In this document: one piece after another, positions 20,580 through 29,382 of the stretch
Numbering within the stretch: position 1 is the first letter of the stretch
Layout of the letters: every line of letters starts with the position of its first letter
From: Alkaliphilus flagellatus
GTDB taxonomy: Bacteria; Bacillota; Clostridia; Peptostreptococcales; Natronincolaceae
Length of the DNA: 64,000 nucleotides
Direction: 5' to 3'
Assembly: GCF_018919215.1 (NCBI RefSeq)
Contig: NZ_JAHLQK010000001.1
Coordinates: 92,430-156,429 of the forward strand
Position numbers and translations under genes: made by a program
Notes under the pieces: model-generated
What the model was told of the DNA's origin: nothing
The model's database searches: none
The model's input: the letters and a program-made list of their open reading frames with translations, nothing else

Positions 20580-20596
20580 TTGGCATAATATTTGCT
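20580..20596 (+). promoter_or_regulatory. sigma-54 (-24/-12) promoter TGGCAT-N5-TTGCT
   Basis: The GG to GC spacing matches the TGGCAC-N5-TTGCW consensus exactly. It lies 45 nt upstream of the ATG at 20641, next to an EBP gene. Confidence 0.6.
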
Positions 20597-20640
20597 TATT
20601 AATATTGCGTAACCAATTTTATAAGTGAAGGAGAGATAAT

Positions 20641-21822
20641 ATGCCAGTAAAGCAAGTATTATTATTAGGTAACGAAGATTTATACAAAATATCTAAAGAA
20701 GTTAGATATGAAGAGATTAGAGATGTTAAACACATTATTAAAGATTTACACGATACCTTAATGGATTTTAGAGAAAAATATGGATATGGAAGAGCAATAG
20801 CTGCTCCTCAACTGGGGTATTTTAAAAGAATCATCTACATGAACATTAATGATTGTGAAACCATCTTTATTAATCCTAAATTAGAGTTTTTAGATAATGA
20901 AATGATAGAAGTATGGGATGATTGTATGTCTTTTCCAAATTTGCTCGTGAAAGTAAAGAGGTACAATCATTGCAAAATATACTATAAAGATTTGGATTGG
21001 AATGATAATGTAATAGAAGTAGAAGGAGATATTGCTGAATTATTACAGCATGAATACGATCATTTAAAAGGAGTATTAGCTATTTCAAAGGCAATAGACG
21101 ATCATTCTTTTAGACTTAAAACCGTAGAAACTAAACTGTCAAAAAAAATTGGGATATTAGGTGGAATAAGTCATGAGTCAACTATTAAGTATTATGAGCT
21201 TATATTAAAGAAATATTATGAGCTTAAAGGGGATTATTATTATCCAGAAATAATTATATACAGCTTAGACTTTCAGAAATTTACTGACTTTGAGGATAAT
21301 GGGGATAAAGAGGGCTATATTAAGTATATAATGGAAGGCATGTATTCACTAGAAAATAGTGGGGCAGATTTTATAATTATGTCTGCAAATTCACCACATT
21401 CAGTATATGATGAAGTAAAGAATCTTACTAAACTACCTATGATCAGCATTGTAGAGGCTGTTGGAGAAAAGGCAAAGGAAAAAGGATTGAAAAAGATTTT
21501 GCTGTTAGGTATAAAATATACAATGGAAAGTGGTTTTTATGAAAATTACTTAAATCAGTTCGGAATAGATGTAATTGTTCCATCTGAAGATGAAAGAGTA
21601 TTAATCAATGATATTATTTTTGATGAGTTGGCTATAGGTATATTTCATAAGAATAGCAAAGAAAGGCTTATTAATATTATTAAGAAGTATGATGTAGAAG
21701 GTGTAATATTAGGATGCACAGAATTACCACTAATTATTTCTGAAGCTGATCTTGAAATAGAAGTTTTAAACACTGTAGAACTTCATGTAAATAAAATATT
21801 AAGGTATTCTCTTGGAATGTAA
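20641..21822 (+). CDS. fusion protein: peptide-deformylase-like domain (aa 1-165) + Asp/Glu/hydantoin-racemase-fold domain (aa 168-393)
   Basis: PDF motifs GRAIAAPQLG (I), DDCMSFP (II, Cys retained) and QHEYDHLKG (III, HExxH). Racemase motifs GILGGISHESTIKYY and ILGCTELPL. The first catalytic Cys position reads MSANSPH, with Ala instead of Cys. Confidence 0.7.
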   Translation: MPVKQVLLLGNEDLYKISKEVRYEEIRDVKHIIKDLHDTLMDFREKYGYGRAIAAPQLGYFKRIIYMNINDCETIFINPKLEFLDNEMIEVWDDCMSFPNLLVKVKRYNHCKIYYKDLDWNDNVIEVEGDIAELLQHEYDHLKGVLAISKAIDDHSFRLKTVETKLSKKIGILGGISHESTIKYYELILKKYYELKGDYYYPEIIIYSLDFQKFTDFEDNGDKEGYIKYIMEGMYSLENSGADFIIMSANSPHSVYDEVKNLTKLPMISIVEAVGEKAKEKGLKKILLLGIKYTMESGFYENYLNQFGIDVIVPSEDERVLINDIIFDELAIGIFHKNSKERLINIIKKYDVEGVILGCTELPLIISEADLEIEVLNTVELHVNKILRYSLGM

Positions 21823-21883
21823 TTAAAGTAGACGCTCGTAATCAGTGCGTGGTAACGACGAATCCCGACTAGTGCAGTATAGA

Positions 21884-21928
21884 AAGCCCTATTTTTCCTT
21901 GATTTATAAGGTGAGGTAGGGCTTTTAT
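21884..21928 (+). terminator. probable terminator
   Basis: Stem AAGCCCTA/TAGGGCTT with a long loop, then TTTTAT. Confidence 0.35.
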
Positions 21929-22108
21929 ATGTACAATGCGGCTTCTTGTCGTAGTTTTAAAGAAGTATATTTACACTTCTTTATTAAATTTGTTTACGAT
22001 TTATATTCTTGATTTTTCCATTATAACTTAGTATCATTGTACTTGTGGATATTTTAACTATCTAAATATCCAAGCTTATAATATTATTTCAGCGAAGGGG
22101 ATAGTCAT

Positions 22109-22726
22109 ATGTTAAAAGCAAAAAAAAGATTAATGATTTTATTAAGTATGTTTTTAGTATTTTCAATTGTAGGCTGTAGCGAGAAAGGACCTACCTTTGA
22201 ACCACTGAATATAAATGTGAATGGTACCGAAATTCTACTTGGACAGTCAACATTACAGACATTTATTGATGCAGGCTATAGAGTAACCTTAGACAAAAGC
22301 TTAGAAGAAGATATTGCGGGAGAAGAAATGCCAACTATGACCTATGATGTAGCTGCTTATGTGAGCAAGGACAATAGCATAGTAGGTATGGTAAGTTTTT
22401 TAAATAATACTAAGGATACTATTCCTTTGGAAGAATGTATTGTTAATGAATATGAAATAGTATATAAAGATCCTTCCTGGAGTGGAAGCTATGATACAGA
22501 CAATATTTTAGTAGATAATGTTAACCTTAAAGGAATGAAGCTAGAAGATGTAAAAAAAGCATTTGAAGAAAAAATGGAAGACTATAAGGAATTTACAAAT
22601 CCAGATGGAAGTGTTGCTATTATATCATTTGATATAAATAAGGTTTATATGAGTGTAAGTTTTGATTATGAAACGAAAGAAGTAAGAACTGTTAAAATGA
22701 AAGTTTTCTTATCACATTTTGAATAA
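22109..22726 (+). CDS. lipoprotein, hypothetical
   Basis: Signal peptide ending in the lipobox IVGC-SEK. 205 aa. Confidence 0.5.
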   Translation: MLKAKKRLMILLSMFLVFSIVGCSEKGPTFEPLNINVNGTEILLGQSTLQTFIDAGYRVTLDKSLEEDIAGEEMPTMTYDVAAYVSKDNSIVGMVSFLNNTKDTIPLEECIVNEYEIVYKDPSWSGSYDTDNILVDNVNLKGMKLEDVKKAFEEKMEDYKEFTNPDGSVAIISFDINKVYMSVSFDYETKEVRTVKMKVFLSHFE

Positions 22727-22778
22727 ATCCTAAAACTAATAAATCAATTCATATAACGATATAAATTTTATAAATAGG

Positions 22779-22825
22779 CTATGTATAGAGTTATTTTTAT
22801 AATAAATCTATACATAGTCTTTTAT
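22779..22825 (+). terminator. rho-independent terminator
   Basis: 10-bp stem CTATGTATAG/CTATACATAG followed by TCTTTTAT. Confidence 0.5.
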
Positions 22826-22947
22826 AATTTAAAGTATTATGCCTGTGTATATTCAAAAGACCTAGATTTCATAAAATGATCATTTTTCTGATATAATATG
22901 TAATAAGTAACTAAATAGCTTTAAGCAAGTTGTATTGGAGGATAGAT

Positions 22948-23616
22948 ATGCAAAAAATTATTATAATAGAGGATACTGAAACCATAAGAGAAGAACTTAA
23001 AATATTTTTATCTAAATATGGTTACGAGGTTGATGCTCCAGATGATTTTAGCAATATAGTTGAGTATATATATAGATCCAATGCTGATCTAATTTTATTA
23101 GATATAAATTTACCTGTTTTTGATGGATATCATATATGTAGAGAAGTTAGAAAAAATTCGGATGTACCAATAATAGTAGTTACAAGTAGAGATAGTGAAA
23201 CAGATGAACTTATGAGTATGAATTTAGGTGCAGATGATTTTATCACGAAACCTTATAACACACAAATACTTTTAGCTCGTATTTCAGCAGTTTTAAAGAG
23301 AACTTCCAAAAGCAATCCTAGTGATGTATTAGAGTACAATGATATAAAGTTAAATCTATTAAATGGTAGTATTATCTATAAAGGAAATACAGAACAATTA
23401 ACTAAGAATGAAATAAAAATACTTTCTTATCTCATAAAGTATAAGGGAACTATAGTATCAAGAGAAGCATTAATGGAACACTTATGGAATTCAGATGTTT
23501 TTATTGATGATAATACATTGTCTGTAAATGTAACAAGATTAAGAAAAACACTTGAAGATATAGGTGTAAAAGATGTAATAGAGACGAGGAGAGGTTTGGG
23601 ATATATAATGCCATGA
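22948..23616 (+). CDS. OmpR-family response regulator, BceR-like
   Basis: Receiver domain with winged helix. Located upstream of a BceS-type kinase and a BceAB-type ABC transporter. The ATG at 22948 follows a GGAGG RBS, so the ORF-track TTG at 22930 is less likely. Confidence 0.8.
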   Translation: MQKIIIIEDTETIREELKIFLSKYGYEVDAPDDFSNIVEYIYRSNADLILLDINLPVFDGYHICREVRKNSDVPIIVVTSRDSETDELMSMNLGADDFITKPYNTQILLARISAVLKRTSKSNPSDVLEYNDIKLNLLNGSIIYKGNTEQLTKNEIKILSYLIKYKGTIVSREALMEHLWNSDVFIDDNTLSVNVTRLRKTLEDIGVKDVIETRRGLGYIMP

Positions 23617-24626
23617 GTATAAAAGAGTATTTAAAAGAAAGATTTTTGTTCATGTTTATAAATTTCATAGGATTTTTTATTTTGGCTTTTGTGCTGGCTA
23701 TACTAGACATAAAAACTATTGTCATATTTTTAATTTTTATTATATGGTTTTTACCTCTAATAATCTATATTAGTATAGAGTTTTTTAAGCATAAAAAATA
23801 TTATAATAATATGGAAGAAACATTACAAAGTCTTGATAAAAAGTATTTATTGCCAGAAATCATGGAAAAACCAGACTTTTTAGAAGGAAAACTTTTTTAC
23901 GATATACTAAAAGTATGTAATAAAGAAATGCATGAGCATGTAAATTATTATAAAAATCTTCAGTCCGAATATAGAGAATATATTGAGACCTGGGTTCATG
24001 AAATTAAAACACCTATTTCATCAAGTATGTTGATTATAGAGAATAATAAAAGCCCTATTATGGATAATATAGGTCAAGAAATAAAGAAAGTAGAAGGGTT
24101 TGTAGAACAGGCATTATACTATTCAAGAAGCAATGATGTTAGTAAAGATTATATAATAAAGAAGTTTGATTTATCAACAGCTGTAAATAATGCTATTAGA
24201 AGAAATTCTAAGGATTTTATAGGTAAAAGGATAAATTTACAATTAGACGAAATAGATGCTGTTGTATATAGTGATATAAAGTGGGTACAATTTATACTCA
24301 ATCAAATCATAAGTAATTCAATCAAGTATATTAAGCCTAAAGAAGGTAATATAAGAATATATTCAACCAGCAATAAAAATAATGTAGTACTTACAATTCA
24401 AGATAATGGAATAGGAATTTCAGAGAAGGATATTAATAGAGTTTTTGAAAAAGGCTTTACAGGAGAGCATGGAAGAAAATACAATGCATCTACAGGTATG
24501 GGATTATATCTTTGCAGAAAACTTTGTGACAAGCTAGGTTTAGAAATAAATATTGCATCTGAATTAGGAGTAGGAACAAAGGTTAATATAATATTTCCGT
24601 TAAGTAAGTTTAATTTAGGGATTTGA
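23613..24626 (+). CDS. intramembrane-sensing histidine kinase, BceS-like
   Basis: Two TM helices with almost no extracellular loop. H-box region ETWVHEIKTPI and HATPase (GIGISEKD...GMGLYLC). Overlaps the RR stop. Confidence 0.8.
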   Translation: MSIKEYLKERFLFMFINFIGFFILAFVLAILDIKTIVIFLIFIIWFLPLIIYISIEFFKHKKYYNNMEETLQSLDKKYLLPEIMEKPDFLEGKLFYDILKVCNKEMHEHVNYYKNLQSEYREYIETWVHEIKTPISSSMLIIENNKSPIMDNIGQEIKKVEGFVEQALYYSRSNDVSKDYIIKKFDLSTAVNNAIRRNSKDFIGKRINLQLDEIDAVVYSDIKWVQFILNQIISNSIKYIKPKEGNIRIYSTSNKNNVVLTIQDNGIGISEKDINRVFEKGFTGEHGRKYNASTGMGLYLCRKLCDKLGLEINIASELGVGTKVNIIFPLSKFNLGI

Positions 24627-24627
24627 A

Positions 24628-24660
24628 AAGTGTGAGTTGAAATACTTACACTTTTTTATT
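24628..24660 (+). terminator. hairpin terminator (imperfect)
   Basis: AAAGTGTGAGT...ACTTACACTTT followed by TTT. One mismatch in the stem. Confidence 0.4.
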
Positions 24661-24854
24661 TAAGTTTTTTGATGAATGTGTAATAGGATTTGTATCAATG
24701 GGAAATGTATAGCAAAAGATTATCTTACGAAAATGCAACTTTAATGAAAGCTAATTCGATATGTGATCTCTTAATAATTCAATATAATAACATCATAAGA
24801 CATATTCAAAAAATAATTAGCAAATTTCAATAAAGTTGAATGGAGGATATAGAT

Positions 24855-25622
24855 ATGAAAAATATATTAAGTGTAGAGAACATTGAAAAGTATTATGGCA
24901 AAAAAGAAATCATAACTAAGGCATTAGATGGTATAAGCTTTAAGGTAGATAAAGCAGAATTTGTTGGAATAATGGGACCATCAGGAAGTGGTAAAACTAC
25001 ATTGCTTAACTGTATTGCAACAATTGACAACGTAACAACTGGTCAGATTATTGTAAATGACCAAAATATTACAAAGATAAAATCTAAAAAATTAGATAAA
25101 TTTAGAAGAGATGAGTTAGGGTTTATATTTCAAGATTTCAATTTGCTTGACACATTAACTGGTTATGAAAATATAGCTTTAGCTTTAACAATACAAGAAA
25201 GAAACCCAAAAGAAATAGATAGTTTAATAAGGAAGGTTGCAGAAACGCTTAATATTTTAGACATTTTAAATAAATACCCATACCAAATGTCGGGTGGACA
25301 GCAGCAAAGGGTAGCTTGTGCTAGAGCAATAGTTACTAATCCATCATTAATATTAGCAGATGAACCTACAGGTGCTTTAGATTCTAAATCTTCAAGATTA
25401 CTACTAGAATCTTTTGAGAGGCTAAATAAAGAGTTGGAGGCTACTATATTACTTGTAACCCATGATGCTTTTACTGCAAGCTATGCTAATAGGATATTAT
25501 TTATAAAAGACGGTAAAATATTTAATGAGTTAGTTAGGGGAAATGATTCTAGAAAAGAATTTTTTAATAGAATTATCGAAGTAATGACGCTTTTGGGGGG
25601 TGACGTTAATAATGTATTTTAA
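24855..25622 (+). CDS. ABC transporter ATP-binding protein, BceA-like
   Basis: Walker A GPSGSGKTT, signature MSGGQQQRVA, Walker B ILADEPTGALD. ATG at 24855 after a GGAGG RBS. Confidence 0.8.
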   Translation: MKNILSVENIEKYYGKKEIITKALDGISFKVDKAEFVGIMGPSGSGKTTLLNCIATIDNVTTGQIIVNDQNITKIKSKKLDKFRRDELGFIFQDFNLLDTLTGYENIALALTIQERNPKEIDSLIRKVAETLNILDILNKYPYQMSGGQQQRVACARAIVTNPSLILADEPTGALDSKSSRLLLESFERLNKELEATILLVTHDAFTASYANRILFIKDGKIFNELVRGNDSRKEFFNRIIEVMTLLGGDVNNVF

Positions 25623-27642
25623 TATAGCTATTAATAATATAAAAAAGAGTTTTAAAGATTATGCAATATATTTCATAACTCTTACATTAGCAGTATGTAT
25701 ATTTTACAATTTTAACTCAATGAATTCTCAAACAGTAATGCAAGATATGAATAAAATAGAAGTATTAGTTAAGTTAATATCCTATATATCTATATTTATT
25801 TCAGTTGTTTTTGGTGGATTAGTTATATACGCTAATAATGCTCTATTAAAGAAACGTAAAAAAGAGTTTGGAATATATACAACTTTAGGTATGTCAAAAA
25901 CAAAAGTATCTAAAATATTAATTTATGAAACCTTTGTAGTAGGGATGATATCACTTGTTACAGGATTATTACTAGGAATAGTATTATCACAAGGAATTTC
26001 AGTAATTACAGGGAAATTGTTTGAATTTAATATGGAGGAATATAAATTTATTATATCTACCAACGCAATTGGCAAAACTTTTATATATTTTGGCGCAATG
26101 TTTATTTTAGTTATGATATTTAATACAGTAGTTGTGTCCAAGCATAAATTAATTGATATGATAAATGCCTCAAAGAAAAATGAAGAAATAAAAACTAGAA
26201 ATCCCATAGTTTCAGTTATAATATTCATTTTATCTTTGGCTGTTTTATCAAGAGCTTACTATTTAGGGTGGAAGTTTGCACCTACTCCTAAAAATATTAA
26301 TTTCCCCTTATCTATAATATGGGGAAGTGCTGGTACTCTATTGTTTTTCTTTGGATTAGCTGGATTTATATTAGTTATACTGAAAAAAAATCCACAAATA
26401 TATTTAAAAAGGTTAAATATATTTGTTATAAAACAGTTTAATAATAAAATAAATACAAACTTTATATCCATGGCAATAATATGTCTTATGCTATTTGTAA
26501 CTATAGTAATGTCATCATCAAGCTTAAGTATTAAGACTAAATTAGAAGAAAGATTAGAAAATTTAACACCTTTTGATGCTAATATTGAACTAAATATTAG
26601 AAGTGACCAACAAGAAGTACGAGATATAGAAAAGGCTTTGAAAACAGTAGATTTCCAATTGAGAGAATCTTATAAGTATGCTGTATTAGATGTTTATGGC
26701 ACAGACATTAAAGTATCTAATTTATTAAATGAGTATGCAAATAAGGATTTAAAAGCTAGATTAAAAAATTATGTTGGAAATTTAAAAACTATAGGAATAT
26801 CACAATACAATGAAATGAAAAAGTTAAAAGGTGAGTCAACAATAGAATTAAAAGCAAATGAAGCTTTATTGCTAACAAGGGATAATGATGAAAAACAAGC
26901 AATAAACAATCTAATAAAGGATAAAAATGGGATAGATATTAATGGGAAGAAATATACTCTCATTAATGGCAAGAAATACACTCTCAAAACAGATATAGAC
27001 TTAAAAGAGATTGAGTATAATTTAATTGCAATAGTACCTGATTATGCTGTAGAAAATATGACTAAATATTATTCAACAATGTATATGAAAAATATAGATG
27101 AAATGGCTAAAGAAGACCTTGAAGAACAGGTTAAAGAACTAAAACAAAAATTTTCGAATTTAGATTATGATTACGATAAAATTTTAAATAAATATGGCTT
27201 TATTTTACGTGCAGAAACTAGAACTCAAGTATATAATGAGACTAAAAATGCTATAGGAACAAATTTATATATAGGAATATACTTGGGGTTTGTATTTTTA
27301 ATAGCAAGTGCAGCAGTATTAGCAATTCAACAATTAACAGAAGCAAGTGATAGTGTAAATAGATATAAGACACTCAAAAAAATTGGGGCATCAGATCATA
27401 TGATTAATAAAACTATATTTACTCAAATTCTAATACACTTTATGGCACCTCTAATGTTAGCACTAGTGCATTCTATAGTAGCATTAGTAATTATAGGTAG
27501 ATTGTCAAAATATGCAGGCTTATTGGCCATTTTCAAACTTGGACCGACTATATTTATAACTGGCATTGTAGTTATTGTAATATATGGTTCCTATCTATAT
27601 GCTGCTTATACTGGATATAAAAATATAGTTAAAAGTAGTTAA
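25612..27642 (+). CDS. ABC transporter permease, BceB-like (FtsX-type, 10 TM, large extracellular loop)
   Basis: About 677 aa. TM bundle 1-4, a roughly 200-aa extracellular domain, TM 5-10 and a C-terminal FtsX region. Overlaps the bceA stop. Confidence 0.8.
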   Translation: MYFNIAINNIKKSFKDYAIYFITLTLAVCIFYNFNSMNSQTVMQDMNKIEVLVKLISYISIFISVVFGGLVIYANNALLKKRKKEFGIYTTLGMSKTKVSKILIYETFVVGMISLVTGLLLGIVLSQGISVITGKLFEFNMEEYKFIISTNAIGKTFIYFGAMFILVMIFNTVVVSKHKLIDMINASKKNEEIKTRNPIVSVIIFILSLAVLSRAYYLGWKFAPTPKNINFPLSIIWGSAGTLLFFFGLAGFILVILKKNPQIYLKRLNIFVIKQFNNKINTNFISMAIICLMLFVTIVMSSSSLSIKTKLEERLENLTPFDANIELNIRSDQQEVRDIEKALKTVDFQLRESYKYAVLDVYGTDIKVSNLLNEYANKDLKARLKNYVGNLKTIGISQYNEMKKLKGESTIELKANEALLLTRDNDEKQAINNLIKDKNGIDINGKKYTLINGKKYTLKTDIDLKEIEYNLIAIVPDYAVENMTKYYSTMYMKNIDEMAKEDLEEQVKELKQKFSNLDYDYDKILNKYGFILRAETRTQVYNETKNAIGTNLYIGIYLGFVFLIASAAVLAIQQLTEASDSVNRYKTLKKIGASDHMINKTIFTQILIHFMAPLMLALVHSIVALVIIGRLSKYAGLLAIFKLGPTIFITGIVVIVIYGSYLYAAYTGYKNIVKSS

Positions 27643-27656
27643 AAGCAAAATAAAAA

Positions 27657-27697
27657 CAATGATCCACCAACTTATCTGGTGGATCATTGTTTTTTTA
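27657..27697. terminator. bidirectional rho-independent terminator
   Basis: 13-bp stem CAATGATCCACCA/TGGTGGATCATTG with TTTTTTT. Convergent genes lie on both sides. Confidence 0.7.
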
Positions 27698-27748
27698 GAG
27701 ACTCATCAATTTAAATATACATTGGTATATGGTAGGTATTAATTCAAT

Positions 27749-28750
27749 TTATAAATTAAGATTAACTATAGTTCTACCTTTGTGTGTACCTTCTAAGATC
27801 ATATCTATTTTTTTACTTAATCCTTCTAAGGAAACTTCATCTACATTATCATTTAAATTATTAAGCTTCCAATCTGAGGATAATTTATCCCAAATCTTAA
27901 GTCTAATATCCATAGGACATTGAACAGAATCGATTCCAAATAATGTTACTCCTCGTAGAATAAAGGGATAGACTGATGTTGACAATTCATGAGATGCAAC
28001 ATTCCCACAACATGTTACAATACCCCCATAATTAGTTGATTTAATTGCTGTGGCTAACATATTTCCGCCTACTGTATCTATTACTCCTGCCCATCTACCC
28101 TTTAAAAGTGCTCTCTGAGAATCGTCATCTATTTCTTTTCTATCGATTATATCCTTTGCACCAATTCCTAATAGCATTTCTTTTTCAGAAGCTTTTCCTG
28201 TAGCAGCAATTACATTATATCCAATCTTACTTAAGATTGAAATAGCGATACTACCTACTCCTCCTGTTGCTCCTGTTACTAATATAGGTCCATCATTAGG
28301 TTTTACACCTGAGTTAACTAGTTTATAAACTGATAAGGCAGCAGTAAATCCAGCAGTTCCATATATCATACTTTCTCTTAAAGAAAGATTTTCAGGAAGT
28401 TTTACAATCCATTCAGCAGGAACTCTAATATACTCTCCATATCCTCCTGACGTATTCATTCCTAAATTATATCCTGTTACAATCACCTTGTCTCCAATCT
28501 TAAAGTTATCATTATTGCTTTCAGCTACGATACCTGCCGCATCAATTCCTGGAGTATGAGGATAGTTTTTGGTCACTCCACGATTACCTGTAGCAGAAAG
28601 AGCGTCTTTATAGTTTAATGAAGAATATTTTACATTTATTATTACGTCTCCTTCTGGTAGGTCTTCAATTTGTTTAGCTACAATTTCTCTTTTAAATTTT
28701 TTTTCTTCCGTTTCTGATACTAACAGTGCACTATATGTATTATTGATCAT
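27749..28750 (-). CDS. YhdH/YhfP-family MDR oxidoreductase (acrylyl-CoA/quinone reductase-like)
   Basis: N-terminal GroES-like domain with a Rossmann region (VTGATGGVGSIAISI). The overall YhdH signature is typical. Confidence 0.7.
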   Translation of the reverse strand: MINNTYSALLVSETEEKKFKREIVAKQIEDLPEGDVIINVKYSSLNYKDALSATGNRGVTKNYPHTPGIDAAGIVAESNNDNFKIGDKVIVTGYNLGMNTSGGYGEYIRVPAEWIVKLPENLSLRESMIYGTAGFTAALSVYKLVNSGVKPNDGPILVTGATGGVGSIAISILSKIGYNVIAATGKASEKEMLLGIGAKDIIDRKEIDDDSQRALLKGRWAGVIDTVGGNMLATAIKSTNYGGIVTCCGNVASHELSTSVYPFILRGVTLFGIDSVQCPMDIRLKIWDKLSSDWKLNNLNDNVDEVSLEGLSKKIDMILEGTHKGRTIVNLNL

Positions 28751-28907
28751 TTTAAAAATCCTCCTATAAAATATAGTTTTATATAAAACTAATTATAACA
28801 AAAATATAGTTGGATATCAAACTATATCCAGTAAATTGCTTTATAGTTTATACAATATTATAATTAAATATATAATTTAAATTATACATTAGAATGGGAG
28901 TCTAGTT

Positions 28908-29345
28908 ATGAATGATAAATATATAGTATATTTCATAAGTAAAACTAAGAAAAAAATGACTGAATTTATTGAAAGAGAACTTAAAGAAGAAGAGCTAGAT
29001 GATTTAGTACCTTCCTATGGAAATATACTTACAGTACTGTATGACAATGATGGAAAATTAAGCATGAAGGAAATAGGAGAATTAATAGGAAAAGACAAGT
29101 CTACTATTACCGTATTAATCAATAAGTTATCAAAATTAGGATATGTACAAAAGGAAAAATGTCAAGAAGATAGAAGAGTAACTTACATAGTACTTACCGA
29201 AAAAGGTAAGTCAATAGAAGGTAAATTCAATGATATTTCTAAAAAAGTATATTTAACAGCATATAAAAATTTCTCTAAAGAAGAAAAAGATATATTTCTT
29301 AACCTGTTAAAGAAAATGAACAATAATTTTGATTTAAATAAGTAG
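28908..29345 (+). CDS. MarR family transcriptional regulator
   Basis: wHTH region SMKEIGELIGKDKSTITVLINKLSKLGYVQK. 145 aa. Confidence 0.7.
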   Translation: MNDKYIVYFISKTKKKMTEFIERELKEEELDDLVPSYGNILTVLYDNDGKLSMKEIGELIGKDKSTITVLINKLSKLGYVQKEKCQEDRRVTYIVLTEKGKSIEGKFNDISKKVYLTAYKNFSKEEKDIFLNLLKKMNNNFDLNK

Positions 29346-29370
29346 GGCAATATTATAATATTGCCCTACT
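29341..29370. terminator. bidirectional hairpin (perfect palindrome)
   Basis: GTAGGGCAATAT-TA-ATATTGCCCTAC sits between convergent genes. Confidence 0.6.
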
Positions 29371-29382
29371 ATTATTTATTAA

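Noticed and set aside
20641-21150. Annotating the N-terminal half of the fusion simply as housekeeping peptide deformylase (def)
   Set aside because: It is fused to a second enzyme fold and preceded by a -24/-12 promoter and an EBP. It lacks an adjacent fmt and has a non-canonical motif II (DDC instead of EGC). A canonical def is probably elsewhere in the genome.
26941-26990. In-frame 24-bp tandem duplication (GKKYTL-IN-GKKYTL) inside the bceB-like permease
   Set aside because: It lies in the large extracellular loop, where length variation is tolerated. It is a small in-frame duplication unlikely to affect function and not a mobile element.
27729-27923. 64-aa plus-strand ORF overlapping the 3' end of the YhdH-like gene
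   Set aside because: It overlaps a strongly supported minus-strand CDS and the bidirectional terminator. No RBS.
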